This document shows positions 25,512 to 39,303 of a DNA stretch of 64,000 bases, piece by piece. The notes under the pieces were generated by a model, which made no database searches, was not told the origin of the DNA, and was given only the letters and a program-made list of their open reading frames with translations. A program made the position numbers and the translations under genes. This DNA comes from Octopus sinensis (Eukaryota). Every line of letters starts with the position of its first letter. Within the stretch, counting starts at the first letter, position 1. The stretch is taken from the NCBI RefSeq assembly GCF_006345805.1, contig NC_043017.1, positions 28,210,001-28,274,000 of the forward strand, given 5' to 3'.

Positions 25512-26981
25512 TTCGATTACGCATATCGATCAAAAAATGTAACTTCTAGCTAAACAACCACCTTCATGTGCAGTCTTATATATATATATATATTATATAT
25601 ATATATTTATATATATGAGTGTGCACGTATGTATATATGTATATGAATATATATACATGAATATATATGTATATATAGATTTGTGTATATATATCGATAT
25701 ACATATACACATGCAAAGATATGCACATATATACGTATATGCATATGCGTGGGGATAAATGATAAATATAAATGTAGTTATATGTGTTTGCCCTTATGTG
25801 TATGTACACGCTCTCACGCATAAATTACACACACACACATATATATACAAACATATACCAGTACATTAACTGCTAGCCGACACTCACATTGGTAACGACA
25901 TTACCATTTATCCTTCCAATATCGAGAAATTAATTAACGGTCTTGAATTGTAGTACTGTTATCTATATAATTTACTACACGGCTTCATTACTAAGTTGAG
26001 ATCTTGTATTAACATAGGAAATCATTATTATCATTAATACCATTATGTGTCGCAATTATATTACTGGCGATATAGCATTAATTCATCCCTTTATCTTTCT
26101 CCGTTCCTCCATTTCTGTTCTCTGTTTCTCTCTCTTTCTTCCTTTCTTATAAATGCAGAATTATTACTCTTTTCTTCTCTTTGAGAGGGGAAGAACAGAA
26201 AATGAGGGGTAATAACTTTAATACGCAAATGTTAAACATAGGTATGTGTAATAATACATCTCTGTTACCGGTTGGAAATAAACCTCAATTTTGAGACCTA
26301 GGAAAATAAATGGATTTGTTTGTCACAATCATATTTCGAATAGTGTTAATAGAAATTAAGATTATATCATATAATACATGAAAGTTGGTCCATATCAGAT
26401 GTTGATTTTTATGTTAACCCGGCACAGTTTGCCAGTGTAATATAATAATTTTTTTCCGGCCAATACACATCTATATAGATATATTACTGCGTATGAAGTA
26501 TTCGTATTGTGCAAATAGGAAAAATGTCTGTCACATAAATATATATACATACACACATACGCATATATATATATATATATATAAAATTATAATTTAGACT
26601 TTCTAAGAGATACCTCCACGCGGGAAATAGCAGTCAAAGCTTGACTCTAAAACCACAGTTAATGTGGTTTTAAATAATTATTACCTTTGAAAGGTTTTTA
26701 TTCCCATGCTGGCCCCCTGATAAGATCGGCATTTAAATATCGATCTTTTCCTTAATTATATATATATATAACTGGAGGGATTGTATATGCTTAAAATATC
26801 CATTTCTCGACTAAATGTCGAAGTATATCAATGAATTTTAATTCCACTTAATCCATAAAGCGCTGGGATTGTGGCCCGTCACGCTTTATGTGTTAAGAGG
26901 GAAAACCCAGTCATACTTTCAGAGCGACAAATTAATTAACCATATATGGAATAATTTCATGTGACAATGCATTCAGAATAT

Positions 26982-27290
26982 TGTGAAGAACGTGGCTAAA
27001 TGGTTAGAGTATTGGCTGAAGATCGTAATATCGGTAGTTCGATACTTAGCGGCGCTTTGAGTCCTTGCGCAAGGTACTTTATTTCACGTTGTTCTAGTAC
27101 ATTTAGCTGATAAAAATAAGCTGTACCAGTAATTCAATATGCCAGCCTTAACATATTCGATGTGCCGCGCTGAATCTCCTTTAGAATTACACTAAGGATA
27201 TCCATACCAGTAGAGCGCTCAACCACTTGCATGTTAATTCCACGAACTTGCTCCTCTGTTCATCGGTTCAACTGGAACCGTCCTCATCTA
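26982..27290 (+). mobile_element. Old SINE: family D-like head/CORE joined to tail C2
   Basis: Head resembles reverse complement of 56670-56817; 3' part is a diverged match to tail C2 (gctgaatctcc...caactggaacc). Confidence 0.7.
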
Positions 27291-28297
27291 GTTATATTGC
27301 CATCTAGTTATATTAAAGCGCTATCAACTGGTTAAACGAAACAGACAATGCCTCGTTCCTTCTGACCCATCATCTCACCGCAGTTTACTGTACCGCTCAA
27401 TACAGTCAGAATCGATAGACGACAGACATGTTACACGCTACACGCTATCTTCTATCGATTATTCCTCTACCCTTCATACAACACATTTTAGCTCTGTCCA
27501 AAGAAGGAAATGCTACCATACCGTTAGTAATTTAAAAAAAGATAATAAAAAAAATCTACTATACTGGCTGGAAAATATTAAGAACTTAGAAATTTCGAAT
27601 TTAGATATCAATGTTATTTTGTATATTGACTTTGTATTTATATTTTTATACCATGATATCTTAGACCGGAAACATTTCTTATTTTTCAACCATTGTGATT
27701 CGTTCATTTTGTTTTTGTCTATTTTGTATTTCATTTTTTCCCTCGTAATACAAGATTTCGCTACAAAAATTCAAAACAAACACGTAAACAAATGAATAAA
27801 TGGGAATTATTTTTAACATAGGAAAAATCAATCTTATCTTAGTATCACGTTATCTGGTTTGTTCGATAGAATTCCAGAATTTATAATGAAGTATTTAACT
27901 GCCTTCTCATGCAGGTTCTTATTGTTACTCGCCTTCTTATTGCCGCTACAACTGTTGCCTTTATTGTTAGTGAAGTTGGTGTTTGTGCTATTTTATTGGT
28001 AAAAATATGCTCTATATAAATAAATGTAGCAAAACAAACATCCATTTCGGTAGTTTAGACAGAGAGCGACTGAAGGAGACTTTATGCGGTCGGACGATCT
28101 GCCAAAGATAGCGACAATGTTTACATTCAATGAAACGCTTTCCTTTTGAGAATTCACTGACACACTGGGAAATCTAGACGTAGGTATTATATTCGTGAAT
28201 ACACACAAGCACACACATGCTGACAGGCTTACAAATTTACATGCGCACACACATATCTCTCTCTATGTGTATATAATATATATATATATATATATTA

Positions 28298-28686
28298 GGC
28301 GCAGGAGTGGCTGTGTGGTAAGTAGCTTGCCTACCAACCACATGGTTCTGGGTTCAGTCCCACTGCGTGGCATCTTGGGCAAGTGTCTTCTGCTATAGCC
28401 TCCGCCGACCATTGTCTTGTGAGTGGATTTGGTAGACGGAAACTGAAAGAAGTCTGTCGTATATATATGTATATGTTTGTGTGTCTGTGTTCGTCCCCCC
28501 AACATCGCTTGACAACCGATGGTGGTGTGTTTACGTCCCCGTAACTTAGCGGATTGGCAAAAAAGACCGATATAATAAGTACTAAGCTGACAAAGAATAA
28601 GTCCTGGGGGCGATTTGCTAGACTAAAGGCGGTGATCTAACATGGCCGCAGTCAAATGACTGAAACAACTAAACGAGTAAAAGAGA
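28298..28686 (+). mobile_element. SINE family A, full length
   Basis: Near-consensus copy. Confidence 0.95.
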
Positions 28687-28769
28687 ATATATATATGCAA
28701 TATATATATGCATATATGTATACTTACATATACACACGTATATGCATCTATATATATATATATATATAG

Positions 28770-28811
<42 letters not shown>

Positions 28812-28849
28812 TTGAATGTGCATGTATGAATGTATTTATACATAACCTT

Positions 28850-29205
28850 TAATGTGGCAAAACGCCTTAAATTTTGGGAAATAGGATAATCAATTACATT
28901 AACCCCAGTGCATAACTGGTATTTATTTCATAGACTACGAAAGGTTGAAAGGTAAAGTCGAGCTTGGTAGATTTTGAATCCAGGAAAGGCGGTGTGCTGG
29001 CAGAATCGGTAGCGCGCCGGGCGGAATGCTTAGCGGGATTACGTCTACCGCTACATTCTGAGTTCAATTTCTGTCGAGGTCAATATTTGCTTTTCAGCCA
29101 TTCGGGGGCCGATGAAATAAGTACCAATTACGTACCTGGGGTCGATGTGATCGACTAAATTCCTCCCCTAAAAATTTCGGGCCTTGTGCTTATATTAGAA
29201 AAGAA
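28850..29205. mobile_element. Two SINE family B copies in opposite orientation (- 28850-28985, + 28988-29205)
   Basis: Body motifs on both strands; + copy has head and terminal tail. Confidence 0.75.
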
Positions 29206-29379
29206 TTTGAATCCAGAAGTTTTAGACGGCATGCTAAAGACTCTAGCAGCACGCTGCCTTTCCTCCTTTTCAGAGATCGATAAAATCAATGCTAGTTGAT
29301 CACTGAGATCTATTTAATTGACTAAGTGTCTTCCTTAAAATTTCTGGCCTTTTAGTTATAAGAGAAATGATTACTATGA

Positions 29380-29694
29380 GTTTTTTTTGTTTTTTATGCG
29401 CCCTTTTCAAGCCTAGCCCGGCTCATGGGCCCGGTTTCCCGGTTTCTAAGGCGTATGTGTTCCCTCCAGCTGGACGGGACGCCAGTCCATCGCCGCGTTA
29501 CTCAAGAAATATGAAGAAACAATGAGAGAAAGTTGTGGCGAAAGAGTACAACAGGGGTCCCCCCCCTTCCGGAGCATCGTGGAGTTTTAGCTGTTTTCGC
29601 TCAATAAACACACACAACGCCCGGTCAAGGAATCGAAACCGCGATGCTCCGGCCGCGAGTCCGCTGCCCTAACCACTGGGCCATTGCGCCTCCA
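29380..29694 (-). mobile_element. SINE family C with tail C1
   Basis: tRNA-like head ggaggcgcaatggcccagtggttagggcagcgg; TSD ttactatga (29371-29379, 29697-29705). Confidence 0.9.
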
Positions 29695-29968
29695 GTTTAC
29701 TATGACTAGTGTGCGATAAAATATAACTTTTATGCATATTATTATCTATGTATATACCTATGTGAAGGCATCATACCTGGGTATCGCCTGTATTTACTGC
29801 CAGTTTGAGATATGAATGATAAAAAGCATGTACTGCAAGGAGCTTTTGTTAAAATAAGTTTCCGGTCCCATCAGGTCAATCGTGGGACTTTACAGACCGC
29901 CATATAGCCTTGAGTTGGTGTGTGCATTGCCACTTGGACGGTAGCCACACATGCTTAGACACACACAC

Positions 29969-30004
<36 letters not shown>

Positions 30005-30133
30005 TAGATACACGCGCACACAGAATGTATGAATATGTATGTACGCGCTCATATATACATAAAGATCTCTATTTTTTTCTTTCTCTCTCTCAGTATATTT
30101 ATATTCTGAGAGAGAGAGAGAGAGAGAGAGAGA

Positions 30134-30164
<31 letters not shown>

Positions 30165-30275
30165 CACATTCAGTTATGTTCGAACATTCACACTTAAAAA
30201 TGTCTATCATTAAGTTGTATTTACATCTTCCGATATACATACACACACACACACACACACATCACATGCATACAA

Positions 30276-30321
<46 letters not shown>

Positions 30322-30723
30322 AAACACATATACACAAACTCACACACAAGGATGTATGTATATTCATACATACATAGAGATATACATACATACATACAGA
30401 CAGACACTCCTATATACACACGTGATTTTATATGCGCTTGTTTGTGTGTGTGAACTAAATATACAAATATACCGAAATACACAAATTTATGCGCACACAC
30501 ACTTGTGTTCGCCATCATAGCACATACGCCAACACAAAAGGAAAAACACATAAATTACAGTCCTTCAATGACCTCAATTGACCCGACATGAACCGAACCC
30601 TATTAGCTAAATCGACATTCAGCACGCGAGGTTTGCTATTTATATCTCAAATAATAAACCAATCAGAATAGAAACTATAGCTGCCTTACTTCTGTAAACA
30701 CGTCCACATCGCCCCATTGTAGC

Positions 30724-31033
30724 AGCGAAGTGGCAATACTTTTGGAACGTCAAATAGAATGCTTAGCGTTATTTAATTCAATGTTCTGAGTTAAAAACCG
30801 GCCAGATCCACTTTGACTTTAAGCCTTTCGGGGTCGAGAAAATAAGTACCAGTTACGCACTGGGGTCGATGCAGTCGACTTAATCCCTTTGTCTGTCCTT
30901 GGTTGTCCCCTCTATGTTTAGCCCCTTGTGGGCAATAAAGAGCTAGTATTGCTGAAACGTCTAATAGAATGCTTGGCAGGCGAGGTCGACTTTGCCTTTC
31001 ATCCTTTCGGGGTTGATGAAATATGTACCAGCT
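30724..31033 (+). mobile_element. SINE family B, diverged multimer
   Basis: Head plus two partial bodies. Confidence 0.8.
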
Positions 31034-31142
31034 GAAAATTGCTCCGTTGTGGCAAAATTGGGATAATTATCTAATTTAATATGTTACTGGGCGATCTGAG
31101 TTCAAATCCTGCTGTGGATAAATTTAACTCATCTTTCATATG

Positions 31143-31503
31143 TCTTATTTCAGTCATTAGACTGTGGCCATACTGGATTAACATCTCGAGGGATTTTTAA
31201 TCAAATGAATCGACCCCAGAATTTTTCTTTTTCAAGCCTGATGTTTATTTTGTTGGCTTCTCTTTTCGAATCCCTAAGTTATGGAGACGTAAAGACACTG
31301 GCACCGGCTATCAAGCAGTGGTGAGGGAGAAACACACACACATACACACACACACATTATATATATATATATATATACAACATAGCCGACTGCCACTCAC
31401 AAGGCTCTGATCGTCCCGAGGCACGAGCCGCAGGTGTCACGCAGTGAGACTGAACCCGAAGCTACGTGGTTAGGGAGCAAACCTCCCACCACACAGCCAC
31501 GCC
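31143..31503 (-). mobile_element. SINE family A, diverged
   Basis: Colinear degenerate match. Confidence 0.75.
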
Positions 31504-31904
31504 AGTGACTATGCTGCTCTTTTATTTTTATTCTGAGTGATAATGTAATGTACGTGTCAGGGAATCAGATTGATGATATCGACTTAGGGCCCCTTCTAAA
31601 ATTATGTACTTTCCCTTTCATTAGAAATATTTATTTCATCCGTTTCTGGGCACTCATAGTTCAAAGTTCCCTCATAAATAAATTCCCCAAGTTAAACTTT
31701 GACTTCCAAAATTCTTGCTTTCCGACGTCCATAAATAAATTCCAGTTATACTGGTCATCTCCTTTATCACCGTATCTTCTTCTTCCTTCTCTCCTTTTGT
31801 CTCTGCCACCTCCTCTTTCTCTCCCTTCTTCATTCTCCCTCTATCTCACCCTTTCCCTCTCTCTCTCCCTCTCTGTATTGACTATATTGGCTTCAAATTC
31901 TGAC

Positions 31905-32430
31905 ACTTGACCTGCAGTTATCGGGGAGGGGTTAGTCGATTACATCCCTCTACCAATGTTCAAATGGTACTTATTTAATCGACCCCGAAAGGGTGAAAGG
32001 CAAAGCCGGGGTCGACTTTGCCTTTCAACCTTTCGGGGTCGATTAAATAAATACCAGTTACACACTGGGGTCGATATAATCGACTTAATCCGTTTGTCTG
32101 TCCTTGTTTGTCCTCTCTGTGTTTAGCCCCTTGTGGGTAGAAAAAAAAAAGGTATTTCGTCTACCGTTACTTTCTGAGTTCAAATTCCGCCGAGGTCGAC
32201 TTTGCCTTTCATCTTTTCGGGGTCGATTAAATAAGTAACCAGTTACACACTGGTGTCGATATAATCAAGTTAATCCGTTTGTCTGTCCTTGTTTGCCGTC
32301 TCTGTGTTTAGCCCCTTGTGGGTAGAAAAGAAATAGGTACTTATTTTATCGGCCCCGAAATCGTCGTAAAATAGGGGAAAAAAATGTCGCTAAGATATTT
32401 TTTCCAAAGCGGTAACGATTCCGCCAGGTC
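31905..32430. mobile_element. SINE family B dimer (+, 32008-32340) nested between minus-strand family B pieces
   Basis: Orientation flips at about 32005 and 32338. Confidence 0.8.
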
Positions 32431-33133
32431 GACGCCTTCTGTATTGACTATATTGTGCTGCCGATTTGTCGAAGTAGAAAATTCATAGCATTGTTCGTTC
32501 CCCCAGAAACCAAAATCTATTGAGTATTGAGCCAGGCAACTTCTTCCATAAAAATAAAGAAAACAAAAAAAAAAACCCAAAAAACAAATAAAACCCAAAT
32601 ATACTATCGTATATGTTCAATTACAGATCTCTGTACAGTGGGGCGAGATATAATGTAACAAAAAGTAAAAACAACCCCATTCTACTTTCACAAGTTTTCA
32701 CTTCTCCATAGTTACACGTTCATCAGCACTTTTTTAATAGAATTCTCCCGGGGATATTTCGCGTATGTTTTTCTCTGTACATCTCTGTACAATTTCTCAT
32801 TACCAACACATGTTGTTCAACATAATATTTATGGCGACGCTAGGTATATCTGTGCGTATTTTTAAATTTACTTATGCTTACGAAAGATTAACATGTCTGC
32901 CTTTTTTACACTTGCTCTCAGTGTTATTTGAAATATACCGTCCAGGTATGTGTGTGTATATATATATTAGTGCTATGGAAGATATGATTTCGTTATTTGT
33001 GAATTAAATATAATAATGGTTTCATGTTAAGGAAGGTAGGAAAAATAACCTAGTGTCTTAACACTCTTCAAGCCGATCAAATGCAGAATTGTTTTCATCT
33101 CCATGGATCAAGCACTGTCAAGCAAAATCCCAA

Positions 33134-33171
33134 TCGTCTGAGGAACGAACACGTAGGAAACCAGTTAACGA
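33134..33171 (+). ncRNA. Possible degenerate hammerhead motif
   Basis: tcgt-CTGAGGA-acg aaca cgt-ag-GAAA-ccagtta-acga; register imperfect by one base. Confidence 0.4.
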
Positions 33172-33211
33172 CTCAGCACCGATGCAGCTTTGAACACATA
33201 TAAACACAAAC

Positions 33212-33281
<70 letters not shown>

Positions 33282-33283
33282 TA

Positions 33284-33498
33284 GAGTTAATCCAAACATG
33301 GAAACACAAAGAGAAAACACAACAACGCGAGGACGCGGAACAAATATAGTATTATTGGACGCTCAGGAAGGAAGGGAAGAAGGAGGGTTTAACGTTTCGA
33401 GCGGAGCTCTTCGTCGGAAACATAGGAGAAGGAAAGATCCAGAGAAGGGAAGACGGAGGAAAAAATCGCTAACGGTACACACGCGGTCACATTTTGAA
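33284..33498 (-). mobile_element. Penelope-like remnant, family P1
   Basis: Starts directly after long (TA)n; three copies in window. Confidence 0.7.
33387..33421 (-). ncRNA. Minimal hammerhead motif (CCGACGA core variant, ACGU palindromic stem III)
   Basis: Minus: gttt-CCGACGA-a-gagc tcc gctc-GAAA-c-GTT-aaac. Confidence 0.65.
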
Positions 33499-33841
33499 TA
33501 CACACACCCCAAATACATACACATAAGTACACGCATTCATACACAGACGTACTCACGTTTTGTAGGTGTTTGGCATGTGTATGGATAGTCACATGTATGT
33601 ATGTACTCGAGTATGTGTTTGTATTCATGCCTATAAACAAAAGCGTAGGTAGTGAGAAAGCAAAAGCCATTCTTTATGAGGAATGGAGCGAATTATTTCT
33701 CTTTAGTCAGACTAAATCGATAATAAGAAATCTATATAATGGGCGAAGAGCAAAATATTTATGTATCATAGGTCAACTTTTTTGCATAAGTTCAATCATT
33801 CTCACATATAGTTTTATGCTTAAAATATTAAACTCTTGTGA

Positions 33842-34408
33842 GGCGGTGACTGGCTGAATCGGTAGCGCGCCGGGTGAAATGCTTAGCGGTATTTCGTCTG
33901 CCGTTACGTTCTGAGTTCAAATTCCGCCGAGGTCGACTTTGCCTATCATCCTTTCGGGGTTGATTAAATAAGTACCAGTTACGCACTGAGGTCGATATAA
34001 TCGACTAAATCCGTTTGTCTGTCCTTGTTTGTCTTCTGTGTTTAGCCCGTTGTGGGTAGTAAAGAAATAGGTATTTCGTCTGCCGCTACGTTCTGAGTTC
34101 AAATTCCGCCGAGGTCGACTTTGCCTTTCATCCTTTCGGGGTCGATAAAATAAGTACCAGTTACGCACTGGGGTCGATGTAATCGACTTAATCCTTTGTC
34201 TGTCCTTGTTTGTCCCCTCTATGTTTAGCCCCTAGTGGGTAGTAAAAAAATAGGTATATCGCCCGTCTCTATGTTTGAGTTCAAATTCTGCCGAGGTGAC
34301 TGTCTGCCATACTCTCAGGATCGATAAATAAAGTATCAGTGAAACACTGTAGTCAATGTAACCGACGTGTCCGCTCCCATCAAATGTCAGACTTTGTACC
34401 TGATTATT
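33842..34408 (+). mobile_element. SINE family B trimer
   Basis: Head then three bodies with the same aaagaaata|ggtatttcg junction. Confidence 0.9.
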
Positions 34409-36738
34409 GCATACTTAAATAATGGCAGACATTTATTTCACCGAACAAGTATGAAATGACAAGCACGAAAGCATTAATAGTTGGCGTGCAATATTATTAA
34501 CGTGCAGTAACTAAACAGCCTGAAACCTATGGTTTCCTAGGTGTTCATCTGATCAATTATCACTGATTTCAGAATGATTTTTCCTTTTAGAGGTATATAT
34601 CAGATCAATCACAATTTGTTAATTCCAATGTCTAAACGCCAAAATGTATTGAAACAAATGTTGGAAAAATCCCTTTCGAAGATCACCGTGCTCTTTACAT
34701 GAAATAAATACGCATTATATAAAATTCTTCGCGTTTAATAATGAAAGAACAAAAAGTACCCGAAAATGAACGTAAATTAAATAAACCGGATGCTAAGGAC
34801 GGGAGTCAGTAAGATAGCATTGAGCCTACTAGAAATAGTAGCTATATCTTTATCAATGGATACCGAACAGCTTCAAAAGAATAAGGATTTCTGTTATAAT
34901 GAAACCCGAGATGCATTGTGTCTGGATAAAACAAAGAATTGAACGTGGGTGGAACAACTTTGAGCATAAATTTACTTGAGTATTAAGCATTAACGTTCCA
35001 TGCAAACAATAGCTTCACCGTAAAAGTGACAACCGTTTAATTGGTTAAACAACATCATATACCTCAATAACACCCTACTAAGGTAAAAAAATTTTAAAAT
35101 TAGTAGCATAACGTAGTTTTAGATAACCTGTGTTTAAATTAACTAAGAGATGGGATGGCCACAGATAAAACAACATGAATCCGTTTTCGCTTTAATTAGG
35201 CAACACATTATTGCGTTTAATGCTCATATTTTGATATTTTCTAATCTGATATGCTGACAGATATGTGGAGCAGTAGAAAAGATTCCATACCTTTCACTAT
35301 ACGCTCCACAGTACTGGGAGACAACCACTTAATTCTCTGGGTCAACTATTGCAACACGTTTGTGTCATTTTGTTTGAGTTAAGATGAATAAAAAAAATAA
35401 ATTTCACTTGAAAAACAAAATGAAGAAGGAAAGGTAATATGGTGAAAACAATGAGTTGTGCGTCTGTATTTGTATTGGGGTACATCTTACGTCATAACAA
35501 TTAATGAATCAAGGCAACAAATCATTTTAGCTGACAAACTTTACGCTTAGAATTTGAAATAAAATTGAATAAAATATAAATTTCAATAGAATATAAAAAT
35601 TCACAAATGAATTCAACCCTATAATAACACCCACAAGATTTGGCATTTGATTAAAATAACGATATAATAATATAATAATATAATAATAATAATAATAATA
35701 ATAGAAACACGAGCAGACACATATAAACGCACACAAAAACCGATTAATATTAGAAAAGTGTCCAGAATTTTGATGGGCCTTTACTTTTTCATTTATCGTT
35801 GGTTCTTTGTTTTTTTTTCTCCCTGATTTTTGTCCGTTATATGTTTTGTTTTCTGTAACTTCAGGAAAAAAAAAATTTGCCATACGAGCAACAAAACTAA
35901 ACACAACAATGGAAACAACAATATCAACATAGTTCTTTTTTTGTTGTTATTTTCTTTGGCTAATTTTTTTTTTTTTTTTGTTATTATTTTAAGAAAAATC
36001 TACAACTGAAGGGAAACCCATTAAGATAATCGGCTTTCAAGTGAAATAATTCCAAATTGCTTTTGAAATTCAATTTGATGTTTTCGTAGTTATTTTAAGT
36101 TTAAGTGACATTGTTAATTGGTATCCGCTAAGTGCCGCTTTCTACTTCCTGTGATTAGCTTTGAATGTAATAGGTTTTCTTCTTGTGCGTTTCTCCTTTT
36201 TTTTTTCCTTTTGCTTTCATATAATCGATGATGATGATGATGATTATAATGATAGAGAGATTTCTCTGATAAACTTTGTTATTATTTTTGTATTATTGTT
36301 CCTTGTTGCTGTAGTTGGCGGCAGAGTTCCTATGAATTGGTTGGGATTCTTTTAAAAACAAACCGAGGGCATTTCTACTAGATTCGTTGCGAAAATTCAC
36401 TAACAGATTCAAAATGTCATTCTTGTACATATGTACACACACACAGGCAACAACGCACAGCAAACACACATATACTCACATACATACATACAAATATATG
36501 AACACATATACACACCCCACACGTACACACACATATATTCGTATATATCTCCTTTTTCCAAAAGGTTTCGGTGTGACGTTTAGTGATTGAATCGTTGAAG
36601 TTTGCCGATACTAGCAAATAACAACTTCAATTTATCTTTATTATTTAATGTGGCGGACGCTCAGAAAACTACACATGGTATGCCAGAGAATTTGATGCTA
36701 CAATGCTTTGATCGTTGTGTGTGTGTATGTATTTGTAT

Positions 36739-36774
<36 letters not shown>

Positions 36775-36784
36775 ACATATACAG

Positions 36785-36988
36785 GCGTCGAGCGGGCGAA
36801 ATGCTTAGCGGTATTTCGTTTGCCGCTACGTTCTGAGTTCAAATTCCGCCGAGGTCGACCTTGCCTTTCATCCTTTCGGGTTCGATAAAGTACCAGTTAC
36901 ACACCAGGGTCGATCTATCGACTTAATCCCTGTGTCTGCCCTTGTTTGTCTCCTCTATGTTTAGCCCCTTGTGGCCAATAAAGAAATA
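36785..36988 (+). mobile_element. SINE family B monomer ending in the linker-type tail
   Basis: Ends ...ccccttgtggccaataaagaaata. Confidence 0.85.
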
Positions 36989-37086
36989 TATTTACATATA
37001 TATATATATATATATAGCGGCAAAAGCGTGGCTATGAGGTAATAAGCTTACTTCTTCCAAGCTACATGGTAAGAAATCAGTCATGC

Positions 37087-37133
<47 letters not shown>

Positions 37134-37137
<4 letters not shown>

Positions 37138-37400
37138 CGTGACCGACCAGGCTATCAGATGTTGCTACACATCGCCGGTCACAATGCGCTTCGCATTGTT
37201 TTAGCCTTCAAAAGACTCCAACCCGCTGGCTAAGCGAGCAGACCAACAGAAGAAAGAGTGAGAGAAAGTTGTGTCGAAAGAGTACAGTAAGGATCGCCAC
37301 CACCCCCTGCTGGAGCCTCGTGGAGCTTCAGGTGTTTCTGCTCAATAAACACTCACAAAGCCCGGTCTGAGAATCGAAACCGTGAGTCCGCTGCCCTAAA
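37134..37400 (-). mobile_element. SINE family C with RTE-like tail C3
   Basis: Family C body; terminus ctggtcggtcacggtgat(at)n matches LINE end at 57190-57207. Confidence 0.85.
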
Positions 37401-38548
37401 CCGCCTTATAACAATCAACGACCATCGAATGTATATAAGCGTGGACAAGGTTTCTTAAATATGACGGTAATCAATTTATTACAGTTCTCTGCATAATTTT
37501 TGAGTTCCTTTTATACAAAAATTCATTTTCAAAAACTTTTAACAACATTGGCGAAAAATATATTAACGAATTGGCGAAAAAGATATCCAAAACTATACTG
37601 ATTGAACCACAAGCAGTTGTAGCAGGAATCAAACTCCGTATTAGTTTCGAAGATAGAAATTCTCAATCTTCGATTTAAATTAATCTTGCTTTTTTTTTTT
37701 TTTTTTTTTTTACTTTCTAACAAATTCCGTACGGCTTTTTTCTTCGATTTAATTGGATGAATAATTCAGATTGCGTAAACTTATTTTATTTTGTTACAAC
37801 ACTCAATGCTATCTGCAACCTTCGTGGAGTGAGAAATGTTCTAGCGGGGAAATGAACGTTGTTTAATATCTGGAGTCTCATTTACTCAGGAAAATTAGAT
37901 CTAACGTACATTAATTTGCCCCAGAATTCTAATTTAAATTGCTACTAGTTTGGTCTTGTGTCTGTCCAACAAATCAATATAACTTAAGTCAAAGTCGGAA
38001 TACACCACGCAGTCAAAATTCACCTGGAGATGCTAGAAAAATTTCTCTCAAACTTCTAAATGAATTGAAGTGTAAATCCTTTAAATATTTTTGATCACAA
38101 AACCGCTTGATCTCCACAAAATTTTAACTAAACTACATATAAAAATAACTGCCAGTCAAATAGCTTCCGTATAGTTTACGCGGTGGTTTGTGTTTCCTAA
38201 TCGTCTGTTTTATTGAAACACTAATTTATTAGGTGTGAATATTGGCTGGTAGGGGTGCTTGCCTCCCCTTCATAAATATAAGGACACAGAAAATGTGTCA
38301 AAGCCGACAGGAAGCGTTCGATGCTTCATAGGGCTAATCAGCGGTGGTGTAATTCCCATACGGGTCTGTCACGTTAAGTTGACAGTATACAACCACTCTA
38401 TCTGTTTATATGTATTTAAAATATAGAATAAACTATGAAACATAAAGTGATAATTTATATCTAAAAGATTCACTCTAATACACTTCTAAATCAGAGCCTG
38501 TATGTTATTTACTAATCCACTTGAAATTCTCGAGATATATCTTGTTGT

Positions 38549-38856
38549 GTGGAGGCGCAATGGCCCATAGTTGGGGCAGCGAACTCGCGGTCGGAGGATC
38601 GCGGTTTCGATTCCCTAACCGGGTGTTGTGTGTGTTTATTGAGCGAAAACACCTAAAAGTTCCACGAGGATCCGGCAGGGTGTGGTGGCGACCCATGTTG
38701 TACTCTTTCGCTCCAACTTTCCCTCACACTCTCTTCCTGTTCCTTGAGTAACGCTGCGATGGACTGGCGTTCCGTCCAGCTGGGGGGAAGACATACGCCA
38801 CAGAAACCGGGAAACCGGGCCCATGAGCCTGGCTAGGCTTGAAAAGGGCGCATAAA
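38549..38856 (+). mobile_element. SINE family C with tail C1
   Basis: TSD atatcttg(t/c)tgt (38537-38548, 38857-38868). Confidence 0.9.
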
Positions 38857-38891
38857 ATATCTTGCTGTATCATGTATACAGTCTAATCTCA

Positions 38892-39303
38892 TACTTGTTT
38901 CAGTCATTTGACTGCGGCCATGCTGGAGCACCGCCTTTAGTCGAGCAAATCGATCCGAGGACTTATTCTTTGTAAGCCTAGTACTTATTCTATCGATACT
39001 TTTACCGAACCCCTAGGTTACCAGAATATAAACACACCAGCATCGGTTGTCAGGCGATGTTGGGGGGACAAACACAGACACTCGAACACACACACACACA
39101 TTTATATATACAGATATATATATATATATATATATATATACGACGGGCCTCTTTCAGTTTCTGTCTACCAAATCCACTCACAAGGTTTTGGTCGAACCGA
39201 GGCTATAGTAGAAGACACTTGCACAAGGTGCAACGCAGTGGGAATGAACCCGGAGCAATCTAATGGTAAGCAATCTAATTACCACACAGCCACTTCTGCT
39301 CCT
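38892..39303 (-). mobile_element. SINE family A
   Basis: Reverse complement of consensus. Confidence 0.9.

Noticed and set aside
38549-38625. tRNA gene
   Set aside because: tRNA-like SINE head without a proper acceptor stem, continuous with SINE body and TSD
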